Assembly: GCA_963729625.1 (NCBI GenBank)
Contig: CAVSOU010000010.1
Location: forward strand, 256,001-320,000
Source: an uncultured bacterium
Lineage (GTDB): Bacteria; Chloroflexota; UBA5177; JANWHV01
Reading direction: 5' to 3'
Length of the DNA stretch: 64,000 bases
Shown here: positions 41,344-49,552 of the stretch, piece by piece
Numbering within the stretch: the first letter of the stretch is position 1
Layout: the number at the start of each line of letters is the position of its first letter
The notes under the pieces: generated by a model
The model's database searches: none
Told to the model about the DNA's origin: nothing
Seen by the model: the letters and a program-made list of their open reading frames with translations, nothing else
Translations under genes and position numbers: made by a program

Positions 41344-42348
41344 ATGGCTGGCCTGGAGGTCGTGCTCGCGGTCATAGCCGCGATACTCGTGGTTATAGCC
41401 GCTCGAACGTGGCGGATTGTGCCGCAGCAACGGGTCGGCGTCATACAGCGCTTGGGCAAGTATCATCGGACCGCCGCTGCCGGATTGCAGGTCGTGGTCC
41501 CGTTCATCGACAAGATGTTGCCGTATATCGACCTGCGTGAGCAGGTGGTCAGTTTCCAACCCCAGCCGGTGATCACGTCCGACAACGTCACGATCAACGT
41601 TACCAGCGTGATCTACTATCAGATTCACGATCCCCATAATGCGACATACGCCGTGGCCAACCTGCTGAATGCAATGGAACAGATCTCGCAGACGACGTTG
41701 CGCAACGTGATGGGCGCGCTCACGCTCGATAAAAGCCTTACGAGCCGGGACGACATTAATTCTCGGCTGCGCGTTGATCTCGACGAAGTCACCGAGAAGT
41801 GGGGCGTCCGCGTAACGCGAGTCGAGCTGAAGGATATCAGCCCGCCCAAAGACATTCAGGTAGCCATGGAGAAACAGATGCAGGCCGAACGCAACAAGCG
41901 CGCGGCGATTCTGACGGCTGAAGGAGACGCCCAGGCTGCTGTTCTCAGGGCCGACGGCGAGAAGAAAGCACTCATATTGTCGAGTGAGGGTCAAAGGCAG
42001 GCCGCGATACTGCGGGCCGAGGGTGACGCGAAAGCGCTGTTGACAATGCAGGAGGCGCAGGCCGAGACCGTCCGCATGCTGTTCGAAGCAGTCAACACAT
42101 CAGGAGCTACTTCGGAGGCAATGCAGTACCAGTACATGCAGATGCTGCCCAAGCTTGCGTCCAATCCGGCCAACAAGGTATTTGTCGTACCCGCCGACAT
42201 GGCCGGGCTGGCCGGACTTGCAACATCAGCGGCCCAGGTTGGCTCGGCCTTCACCGACGCGGCAACTGCGGACCGCTCCGCAGGGCGATCGCTCGGTGAC
42301 GGCAAACGGAACGAGCCCGTGCCTCAATTGAGCTCTACCAGCGGGTAG
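41344..42348 (+). CDS. SPFH/band 7 (stomatin-like) protein
   Basis: IQRLGKY, IDLREQ, VITSDNV, WGVRVTRVELKDI, KQMQAERNKRA. Confidence 0.94.
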   Translation: MAGLEVVLAVIAAILVVIAARTWRIVPQQRVGVIQRLGKYHRTAAAGLQVVVPFIDKMLPYIDLREQVVSFQPQPVITSDNVTINVTSVIYYQIHDPHNATYAVANLLNAMEQISQTTLRNVMGALTLDKSLTSRDDINSRLRVDLDEVTEKWGVRVTRVELKDISPPKDIQVAMEKQMQAERNKRAAILTAEGDAQAAVLRADGEKKALILSSEGQRQAAILRAEGDAKALLTMQEAQAETVRMLFEAVNTSGATSEAMQYQYMQMLPKLASNPANKVFVVPADMAGLAGLATSAAQVGSAFTDAATADRSAGRSLGDGKRNEPVPQLSSTSG

Positions 42349-42377
42349 ATTTTGGCAGCAGAGCCCTGTCCGCAACG

Positions 42378-42406
42378 GAGGCGGCCCCGGCAAGGACCGC
42401 CTTCCC
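42378..42406. terminator. Hairpin between convergent genes
   Basis: GGAGGCGG.CC...GG.CCGCCTTCC inverted repeat; no strong U-tract. Confidence 0.45.
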
Positions 42407-42437
42407 TGTTGCTACTCGGACAAACACTGTGCCGCGA

Positions 42438-43082
42438 TCAACTACCGACGGGTTGTGCCAGCTCCGCCTTGCCGGTGTGCACGATCTGATCGAGAGCGAT
42501 TTCCTCCTCGACCATCACTATCTGCCGGTGAAGCGCATCTACGGTCTTCTGCGCCTTGGCGTGTTCCTCCTTCAACCACTCCAGTCTCTGAAGAAGTCGC
42601 TTGCTGGGGAACTGCCGATCGTTCTCATACCGGCTGGCATGCTCCTGGAGCCGCTGTTGATATGCCTCCGCGTCGCGCTGATGGCCGAGCGCGCTGCGAT
42701 GATAGTAGCAATGGACGTGCGCGCGCACCTCGTGATTCCACACAAGCTTGAAGTGGTGATCTTCGCAGTCGAACTCGTACTCCGACGCATCCTGAAGTTC
42801 AGTAAATGCAGTCTCCAGGACATCCGCAGGTAGCGAGAGAAAGTAGTCTCGAAGTAAGCGCTCGTGCGGATTCGCTTCGTAGTGGTGTTGGGGGCTGGGA
42901 AACTCGACGTGAATACCGTGCCAGGACAGCTTGTACCAAAAGTGTCCATGGTCGATGTCCAGGAGATCAAACTCCTTGAGAAACATATACCGTGAGGCGA
43001 GATGATCCTCGGAGTGAAGCTCACTCACGGTAGCATCGTCGATCTTCGACAGTTCCTCATAACTGAGTTGAGTCTCGGCCAT
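42438..43082 (-). CDS. Hypothetical His/acidic-rich protein with a C-terminal coiled coil
   Basis: GGAGGT RBS; codon usage and composition protein-like; no family recognised. Confidence 0.78.
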   Translation of the reverse strand: MAETQLSYEELSKIDDATVSELHSEDHLASRYMFLKEFDLLDIDHGHFWYKLSWHGIHVEFPSPQHHYEANPHERLLRDYFLSLPADVLETAFTELQDASEYEFDCEDHHFKLVWNHEVRAHVHCYYHRSALGHQRDAEAYQQRLQEHASRYENDRQFPSKRLLQRLEWLKEEHAKAQKTVDALHRQIVMVEEEIALDQIVHTGKAELAQPVGS

Positions 43083-43210
43083 CATAACCTCCAACTACCG
43101 AAACGTTGCCGCTGCTACCACATTGTCGTCATGGTACGCTGCCCCCTAACTGTGGTCAACAGCGCGTGCAGGACGAACGGACCCCCCCGTATGACTGTTG
43201 TCCTATGGAT

Positions 43211-43239
43211 TTGACGGCCGCGCCCAGGGTCCGTATACT
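43211..43239 (+). promoter_or_regulatory. Sigma70-type promoter of tRNA-Val (and probably thrS)
   Basis: TTGACG-N17-TATACT, 9 nt before the tRNA. Confidence 0.85.
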
Positions 43240-43248
43240 GCGTCGTAC

Positions 43249-43322
43249 GGGCGGTTAGCTCAGTTGGTTAGAGCGCTGCGTTGACATCGCAGAGGTCATT
43301 GGTTCGAGTCCAATACCGCCCA
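43249..43322 (+). tRNA. tRNA-Val(GAC), CCA not encoded
   Basis: GGGCGGT/ACCGCCC acceptor stem, anticodon arm CTGCG-TTGACAT-CGCAG, GGTTCGAGT. Confidence 0.97.
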
Positions 43323-43324
43323 CT

Positions 43325-43561
43325 CGGGGACTTTGAAGTAGACTTGCCGGATCGTCTCGCTTCGCCACCGTCTTCAGAGAGGCGCTCGTAGTGCTGGAAG
43401 AGCGCCGGCGGGGAGCGAGTATGGACCGCCGGTAAGGAACTGACAGCGAAAGCTGCAACGCGGCCCGGCGCTATGGGCGCGGATGAAGTGGCGGCGCTTG
43501 CCGCTATGTAGGGTGGAACCACGGGGTAGGCCCCTCGTCCCTGGATGGACGAGGGGCCTTT
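43325..43561 (+). ncRNA. Threonine T-box riboswitch leader
   Basis: AGAGA bulge and GCTGGAA distal loop, T-box GGGTGGAACCACG (43511-43523), terminator stem AGGCCCCTCGTCC/GGACGAGGGGCCT followed by TT; upstream of thrS. Confidence 0.9.
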
Positions 43562-43576
43562 GCGTCTAGAGCAGGA

Positions 43577-45358
43577 ATGGAGATCACCATGCCGGCGGAG
43601 CTGAACATCGAAGGCGATGTGGAGAGCAGCGGCCAACAAGAGCTGGACGCTATGCGGCACAGCCTCGCGCACATCATGGCCGAAGCGGTGCTGAAGCTGT
43701 TCCCGGGCGCCAAGCTGGGCATCGGCCCGTGGATCGAGAACGGATTCTACTACGACTTCGAACTTCCCCGACCGCTCACGCCAGAAGACCTGGCGGCGAT
43801 CGAAACACTCATGCGCGAACGGGTCAATTCGACCAGCCGTTTTGTGCGCGAGGTGGTTTCGCATGACGATGCGGTGCAGCTCTTCGCCGAGCAGCCGTAC
43901 AAGCTCGAGCTCGTCGAGCGATTCCACGGCCAAGAACTGAGCACGTATAAGCACGGCGACTTCATCGACCTCTGCCGGGGACCCCACGTAGAGGATTCGG
44001 GAAGAGTGGGCGCGTTCAAGCTGCTGAATGTGGCGGGCGCTTACTGGGCGGGTGACGAGCACCGCCCGATGCTGCAGCGTATCTACGGTGCGGCGTTTCC
44101 ATCGCAAGCCGACCTGGACGCGTATCTGGAACGGCTTGAGCTGGCACGACAGCGCGATCACAGGAAACTGGGTAAAGAACTGCACCTGTTTACCTTCAGC
44201 GACCAGATCGGACCTGGTCTTCCGCTCTTCCTGCCTCGCGGCGAGATGCTGCGCCACCTCCTCGAGAGCTATGTAAGGGAGACGCAGACTCGATACGGCT
44301 ACGAGCACGTCTGGACCAGTCACATGGTCAAGAAGGAGCTTTATGTAAAGTCCGGACACTGGGAGCATTACAGCGACGTCATGTTTCCCGCCATGGCGGA
44401 TGGCGACCAGGTGTTTTTGCTGAAGCCGATGAACTGCCCGAGCCATATGACGCTCTTCAACACGCAGCTGCACAGCTATCGTGACCTGCCCAAACGCTAC
44501 GCCGAGTTTTGCACACTGTATCGCTACGAGCGCTCCGGCGAGCTCAACGGGCTGACGCGCGTGCGTTCGCTCACGCAGGATGACTGCCACATCTTCTGCA
44601 CCCCCGATCAGGTCGAAGAGGAGTTCGGGCTGGCACTCGATCTCGTGCGTGAAGTCCTCGGCACCTACGGCTTCACAGACTACCATGTTCAGCTGTCACT
44701 TCGCTCCCGAGAAGCCGGCAAGTTCGTGGACGACGACGAAAAGTGGACCCTGGCCGAGGAGGCGCTCCGGCGCTCGCTCGATGGAAAGGGTGTGTCGTAC
44801 GCGGCTGTCGAGGGCGAGGCGGCGTTTTACGGTCCCAAGGCCGACTTCATGGCCAAGGACGTGCTGGGCCGTCAGTGGCAGTTGTCGACCATCCAGGTTG
44901 ACTTCATCCAGCCGGCGCGCCTGGGCGTCGAATATATCGGCGAGGATAACAGGGCACACACGCCCGTGGTGCTGCACCGCGCGGTCACGGGCTCCACGGA
45001 GCGATTCATGGGTGTGCTCATCGAGCACTATGGCGGCGCATTCCCGATCTGGCTGTCTCCGGTGCAGGCGATGGTGCTTTCAATCGCCGATCGCCACGCG
45101 CCATATGCACGGGACATCGCGGCGAAGATGCGGGGAGCCGGGCTTCGCGTCGAGGCTGATGTGCGCAACGAGCGATTGCAGTACAAGATCCGAGACGCGC
45201 AGCTCCAGAAACTGCCATATATGCTCATTGTCGGCGACCATGAAGCTGCCTCCAATACGGTCTCGATTCGCGATCGCGCGGGGGTCAAGCGCGACGGGGT
45301 CGCCGTGGACGCGTTGGTCGCCGAGCTTGTCGCCGTCAGTCGCGCTCGATCAGGTTAG
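43577..45358 (+). CDS. thrS: Threonine--tRNA ligase (no N-terminal TGS domain)
   Basis: RHSLAHIMA, DLCRGPH, RDHRKLG, KPMNCP, AFYGPK. Confidence 0.97.
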   Translation: MEITMPAELNIEGDVESSGQQELDAMRHSLAHIMAEAVLKLFPGAKLGIGPWIENGFYYDFELPRPLTPEDLAAIETLMRERVNSTSRFVREVVSHDDAVQLFAEQPYKLELVERFHGQELSTYKHGDFIDLCRGPHVEDSGRVGAFKLLNVAGAYWAGDEHRPMLQRIYGAAFPSQADLDAYLERLELARQRDHRKLGKELHLFTFSDQIGPGLPLFLPRGEMLRHLLESYVRETQTRYGYEHVWTSHMVKKELYVKSGHWEHYSDVMFPAMADGDQVFLLKPMNCPSHMTLFNTQLHSYRDLPKRYAEFCTLYRYERSGELNGLTRVRSLTQDDCHIFCTPDQVEEEFGLALDLVREVLGTYGFTDYHVQLSLRSREAGKFVDDDEKWTLAEEALRRSLDGKGVSYAAVEGEAAFYGPKADFMAKDVLGRQWQLSTIQVDFIQPARLGVEYIGEDNRAHTPVVLHRAVTGSTERFMGVLIEHYGGAFPIWLSPVQAMVLSIADRHAPYARDIAAKMRGAGLRVEADVRNERLQYKIRDAQLQKLPYMLIVGDHEAASNTVSIRDRAGVKRDGVAVDALVAELVAVSRARSG

Positions 45359-47352
45359 GATCCGCCCGGGGGCACGTCGAGGCGCAGTGTGATGCTGTTA
45401 GCGCCTAGCAACTGTGTGACTTCGGCTTCAAGTGCCGGGGCAAAGGTCACGCCTTGGGCTGGTCCGCGCTCGATCACGCGCTTGAACGTCGAGCGGACCA
45501 GTATGAGCCGCGCCTTCACGGGCCCGGGATGCCTGTCGAGCAGGGCGTGGACAGATGCGATTCGCGCGAGGTCGGCGGCTCGATCGCCTGCCAGCTCTAC
45601 GACAACTTCGGCGACGTACGGCGGCGTGTCGTCGATAAGTCGCCTGCTTACGCCGAGGCGCCAGCCGCTCGTCTCGACCGGCACAATCGAATCATCATGG
45701 CCATGCTCTTGCTCGGTGGCGTCACGCACCTGATTTCCGGTCAACGGGCGATCGGCGCCGGACAGGATGATCACTCCGGCCTCCGATTGCTCGGCCGCAG
45801 CGGCAAGAACGTAGGTCTTGGCCCGGATCGAAAGCGAGCGCGCCTCGACCGCCGATGCTCGGGTTGCTGATTCCCGTGCCATGAGCTTCGCCGCTCCTGT
45901 AGCATGAGATTCTGTTAGCGGTGACCAGCGCCGGTCAAGCGCGACGCGCCAGTCGTCGAGAGCCGGCGCTAGAGCGAGACGGACCTGGCCGGGTTCAGAC
46001 TCGGCGCCGGGTGCATTGGCCGCGCGAAGCACGGAGACAAGCTCGTGTTCCGCATCCTCCGCGGCAAGAAACGAGCGGCAGGCTCCGGAAGCGACAACCC
46101 GGCACAAGGCTTCCGGCTGCTGCGGCAATACAGGAACACGCAAAGCGAGGTCGCTGAGTGAAACGAACGGCGCCGCGGCTCGTTGCTCGGCAAGCAGTTG
46201 CGCCACTGCACCGGACAGGCCGGGGATGGCGATGACCGGACATTGCAGCTCATATCGGCCGTCGTCAAGCTCGAGTCGCCACGAGGTGGCCACGCTTTCC
46301 ACCAGCGGCGCGACAAGGTGCACGCCGGCTTCGCTCGCCGCGCGTGCGCTGGAGAGGACCACGTGTTCATCCGAGCTCATCAGCAGGCCGCGGTAGCCGG
46401 CGGTGGGGTTTCTGGCGGTGATGACGGCAAGCTGCCAGACCAACTTGGCCTGCGAGCGCAGGGCATGTGCTGCGATAGTGTGACCCGGCGTCGAGAGTCC
46501 GGACAGCCAGAGCGTTTCCAGCTCTTCCAGGCTGTCAAGCCGAGCAGGAATCGGGAGCGATGACCGGGACACATCTGGGACCAGGTGGGGCCACGCTGAC
46601 GACATCAGGGCCGCCTGAACTGCGCGGTCCGCAACGAGTACCTTTCCAGACACTGGCGCCGTGTAGTCGTCCATGTCGACTTCCGCCGAGACTGCCGCGG
46701 CGACGGCAAGCCACAGCGCCGAAGAAATCAGGCGCACCGCCGCCGGTCGAATTCCACCTACTGGAAGAGTGAACAGCGGCTGACCGAGGTCAGCCGGAGC
46801 GACGTCGAGCGTGTTGCGCGGTTCGGCCAGGAGCACGGTCGTCCATTCGTCGATTCGTTGCAATCGCAAGCAAAGCACCAGGAGACTGCATTGCACATCG
46901 TGCAGTAGCGTCGCGTCCGCCCCGCGGGGAAGCAGCAGCGTCGGAATGTCGGCATACTCGGTCCCCAACCAGTCGACAAACGGCAATGCAGCTACTTCTG
47001 TTCCCGCATCGAACTCGACACGTGCCACGTCATGCACATCACGCGTAAGCATCTGCAGCGTCCTGGAGGTCGCCCATGGACCGTAGGCCAGCGCGGGTCC
47101 GCAATCGTTGCACGCAGCGGCGCAAATGACGGCGCACGCGAGGGCTGCGGACACGTCCATTCCCGCGCGGGCGACTGCCGATGCCTCGGCTGCCATCTCG
47201 TCACGGTGGTCCTCGAAGCCGGTCCGCGGGTACCGCTCCAGTACCGAAGACAGCAGCGTTGGAAACGTCGGCCCATCCGTTGCAGGCAATGTGGATCCAG
47301 CGCCTGCGTCCGGAGATGTCAGGTCGAGGTCGACGTACTCTTGCTCTTGCAC
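45355..47352 (-). CDS. Degenerate DNA polymerase III alpha (DnaE)-like protein, no PHP domain, catalytic Asp missing
   Basis: Colinear DnaE-like blocks: palm entry, LPFVDWL..PTLLL, AKLVWQLAVITARNP, HhH AIPGLSG..PFVSLSDL..SGACRSF, C-terminal LDRHPG..QLLG. Confidence 0.72.
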   Translation of the reverse strand: MQEQEYVDLDLTSPDAGAGSTLPATDGPTFPTLLSSVLERYPRTGFEDHRDEMAAEASAVARAGMDVSAALACAVICAAACNDCGPALAYGPWATSRTLQMLTRDVHDVARVEFDAGTEVAALPFVDWLGTEYADIPTLLLPRGADATLLHDVQCSLLVLCLRLQRIDEWTTVLLAEPRNTLDVAPADLGQPLFTLPVGGIRPAAVRLISSALWLAVAAAVSAEVDMDDYTAPVSGKVLVADRAVQAALMSSAWPHLVPDVSRSSLPIPARLDSLEELETLWLSGLSTPGHTIAAHALRSQAKLVWQLAVITARNPTAGYRGLLMSSDEHVVLSSARAASEAGVHLVAPLVESVATSWRLELDDGRYELQCPVIAIPGLSGAVAQLLAEQRAAAPFVSLSDLALRVPVLPQQPEALCRVVASGACRSFLAAEDAEHELVSVLRAANAPGAESEPGQVRLALAPALDDWRVALDRRWSPLTESHATGAAKLMARESATRASAVEARSLSIRAKTYVLAAAAEQSEAGVIILSGADRPLTGNQVRDATEQEHGHDDSIVPVETSGWRLGVSRRLIDDTPPYVAEVVVELAGDRAADLARIASVHALLDRHPGPVKARLILVRSTFKRVIERGPAQGVTFAPALEAEVTQLLGANSITLRLDVPPGGS

Positions 47353-47476
47353 GTCCGCACAATCCTGTGAGTAGAAGAAGCCTATGCCTATCGTAACGGC
47401 GATTGAACCGCAACACTATGGTCTTTCTGCATAAAGTCGATCGATAGGTCGGCAGGTCGGACTCGCCTGTCATTCC

Positions 47477-47505
47477 TTGCGGCAGTGGGCCTGCTCGCGT
47501 ATAAT
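47477..47505 (+). promoter_or_regulatory. Sigma70-type promoter of the tRNA-Ser pair
   Basis: TTGCGG-N17-TATAAT. Confidence 0.8.
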
Positions 47506-47515
47506 CATCTAGGCT

Positions 47516-47602
47516 GGAGGGGTCGCATAGCGGCCGAGTGCGGCTGTCTCGAAAACAGCTAGGGGTGCAAGCCCCTCGTGGGTTCGAATCCCACCCCCTC
47601 CG
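47516..47602 (+). tRNA. tRNA-Ser(CGA)
   Basis: Anticodon arm GCTGT-CTCGAAA-ACAGC, long variable arm, GGTTCGAATCC. Confidence 0.96.
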
Positions 47603-47607
47603 TTCAC

Positions 47608-47691
47608 GGAGAGGTCGCCTAGTTGGCCTAGGGCGCGTCACTGGAAATGACGTAGGCGCAAGCCTCGTGGGTTCGAATCCCACCCTCTCCG
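47608..47691 (+). tRNA. tRNA-Ser(GGA)
   Basis: Anticodon arm CGTCA-CTGGAAA-TGACG, long variable arm, GGTTCGAATCC. Confidence 0.96.
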
Positions 47692-47838
47692 CACCCGCCC
47701 TTCGCGGACTTCCCACTGGCCACTCTTTCTCAGTGTTCCCGTATCGGTTCGGCTACATAGAAGTTGGGAGGAAGCGCTGGGCTGGACGAATAACTGTTGC
47801 GGTGGTGCAAGGTCGAGACCCGGGGGAGGGGTGCACTG

Positions 47839-48276
47839 ATGGCCGACCGGAAAATAGAGCAACTCAGGAAGATGCCGATCTTTTCCCGCTGCTCAAAGTC
47901 TGAGATTGAGAACCTTGGGCGAAACGCCGACGAAATCGACTTCGCTGCCGGACGGACGCTCATCGAGCAAGACGTGCCAAACCACACGTTTTACTTGCTG
48001 CTGCAGGGTGAGGTAGAGGTCATGGTTCGCGGGCTCCCGTCTGTTCGCCTGGGACCTGGCGATTTCTTCGGCGAGATAAGCATGATCGAGCCGGGCCCGG
48101 CGACGGCCACCGTTGTCACGTCTACCGCGGTCGAAGCGCTCGTCATGAGCCATGCACAGTTCAACAACGCCATCAGAGCCGATGGGAACATCGCGCTGCA
48201 GGTTCTTGGGGTCATGGCGGAGAGGCTTCGCAGAGTCCAGCGAGGCGATCCTGACCAGCCCGCACACGGATTGTAG
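47839..48276 (+). CDS. Stand-alone cyclic nucleotide-binding domain protein
   Basis: LRKMPIF, LGPGDFFGEISM...ATATV; no HTH. Confidence 0.9.
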   Translation: MADRKIEQLRKMPIFSRCSKSEIENLGRNADEIDFAAGRTLIEQDVPNHTFYLLLQGEVEVMVRGLPSVRLGPGDFFGEISMIEPGPATATVVTSTAVEALVMSHAQFNNAIRADGNIALQVLGVMAERLRRVQRGDPDQPAHGL

Positions 48277-48366
48277 GTTCGCTCACCGTCGACCAAAGCG
48301 AGTCCGCGCTCGTCGAGGGACGTTCGATCGGTTAAGAACTAACAATTACATGTAGTTGATACTGCG

Positions 48367-48717
48367 CTAACTGCGTGCGCTTCCGTCCTCTGAGCGAGGC
48401 ACCTTGTTATCTCCCCTTGGTGCCCCGTAACGCAGTCGCTCGACGGCTCGGCCGTCGATCAAGTGCTCGTGCACTATTTCGTCTACGTCGGCCACCGTAA
48501 CTCCGCAGTACCAGATATCCTCGGGGTAAACCACGACCATCGGCCCGTGTCCGCACTGGTTCATACATCCCGCGTGATTGATGCGGACTCGACCCTTTAG
48601 CCCGGCGCGCGCCACGAGTTCCTTCATACGTGCGTGCACGCCGAGCCCATCGCCGTCCACTCTCGGACACCATTCGCCACTTGTGCAGACGAATACGTGC
48701 TTCTCGTACTGTCCCAT
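48367..48717 (-). CDS. Thioredoxin-like [2Fe-2S] ferredoxin
   Basis: HVFVC...C, GCMNQCGHGPMVVVYPEDIWY, IVHEHL. Confidence 0.92.
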   Translation of the reverse strand: MGQYEKHVFVCTSGEWCPRVDGDGLGVHARMKELVARAGLKGRVRINHAGCMNQCGHGPMVVVYPEDIWYCGVTVADVDEIVHEHLIDGRAVERLRYGAPRGDNKVPRSEDGSARS

Positions 48718-48823
48718 CTGTCTCCTTCACCCTCAAGCCACCAGGCATCGCGTGTGTTCGCCAGTCTCTTGTACGATACAGCAAGGACGAGTCATCCTCA
48801 GCGTGATTCACGAAGGGGGTCAA

Positions 48824-49552
48824 ATGTACATTCCACCGTCTACACGTGTCACGGACAGGACTGTGCTGCACGAACTGATGGAGCGCTTCAGTTTTGGCAC
48901 GCTCGTCACCGCGCGAGATGGATGCCCGAATGCGACACATTTGCCATTTCTTGTCTCCCCCGGCGGAGAGCATGGCCGTTTGGTCGCTCACCTCGCGCGT
49001 GCAAACGAGCAATGGCGTGATTTTAGCTCGGGACGGGAGGTGCTGGCCATCTTCCAGGGCGACCACACATATATCTCACCTGCCTGGTACGAGGATCACC
49101 CGAGCGTGCCGACCTGGAACTACATGGCCGTTCACGCATATGGCGTGCCGCGCGTGTTGGACGACGCGGTGCTGGTCCGCCAGTATCTCGAGTCGCTCGT
49201 CGCCCTGCATGAAGCGCCGTTCGACGATCCGTGGCGGATGGATCTTCCCGCTGAGTATTTATCCGGGATGGTGCGTGGCATTGTCGCGTTCGAGATTCCG
49301 ATCAGCCGGCTGGAAGGCAAGTTCAAGCTGAGCCAGAATCGGTCCGTGCGCGACCAGCGGCGCGTTGTCGACGCATTGTCGCGTAGCAGCGATTCACGCG
49401 CCCAGGGGGTCCGCGCGAAGATGGAAGCAGGTCTTCGCGTCGTGGCTGAGGAAGGCGACAGTAACTCCGATCGACAGACAGGCGATTCTCGCCAGAAACC
49501 AGACAGGGGAGCAGCTGATGAACAGGGAAGCCGGCACCTACCGTCGAGCTGA
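48824..49552 (+). CDS. FMN-binding negative transcriptional regulator (PaiB family)
   Basis: MYIP, HLARAN, YISPAWY, VPTWNY, KFKLSQN. Confidence 0.93.
   Translation: MYIPPSTRVTDRTVLHELMERFSFGTLVTARDGCPNATHLPFLVSPGGEHGRLVAHLARANEQWRDFSSGREVLAIFQGDHTYISPAWYEDHPSVPTWNYMAVHAYGVPRVLDDAVLVRQYLESLVALHEAPFDDPWRMDLPAEYLSGMVRGIVAFEIPISRLEGKFKLSQNRSVRDQRRVVDALSRSSDSRAQGVRAKMEAGLRVVAEEGDSNSDRQTGDSRQKPDRGAADEQGSRHLPSS

Noticed and set aside
48335-48360. AT-rich imperfect palindrome AATTACATGTAGTT
   Set aside because: It lies between convergent gene ends with a single copy; no function can be supported.
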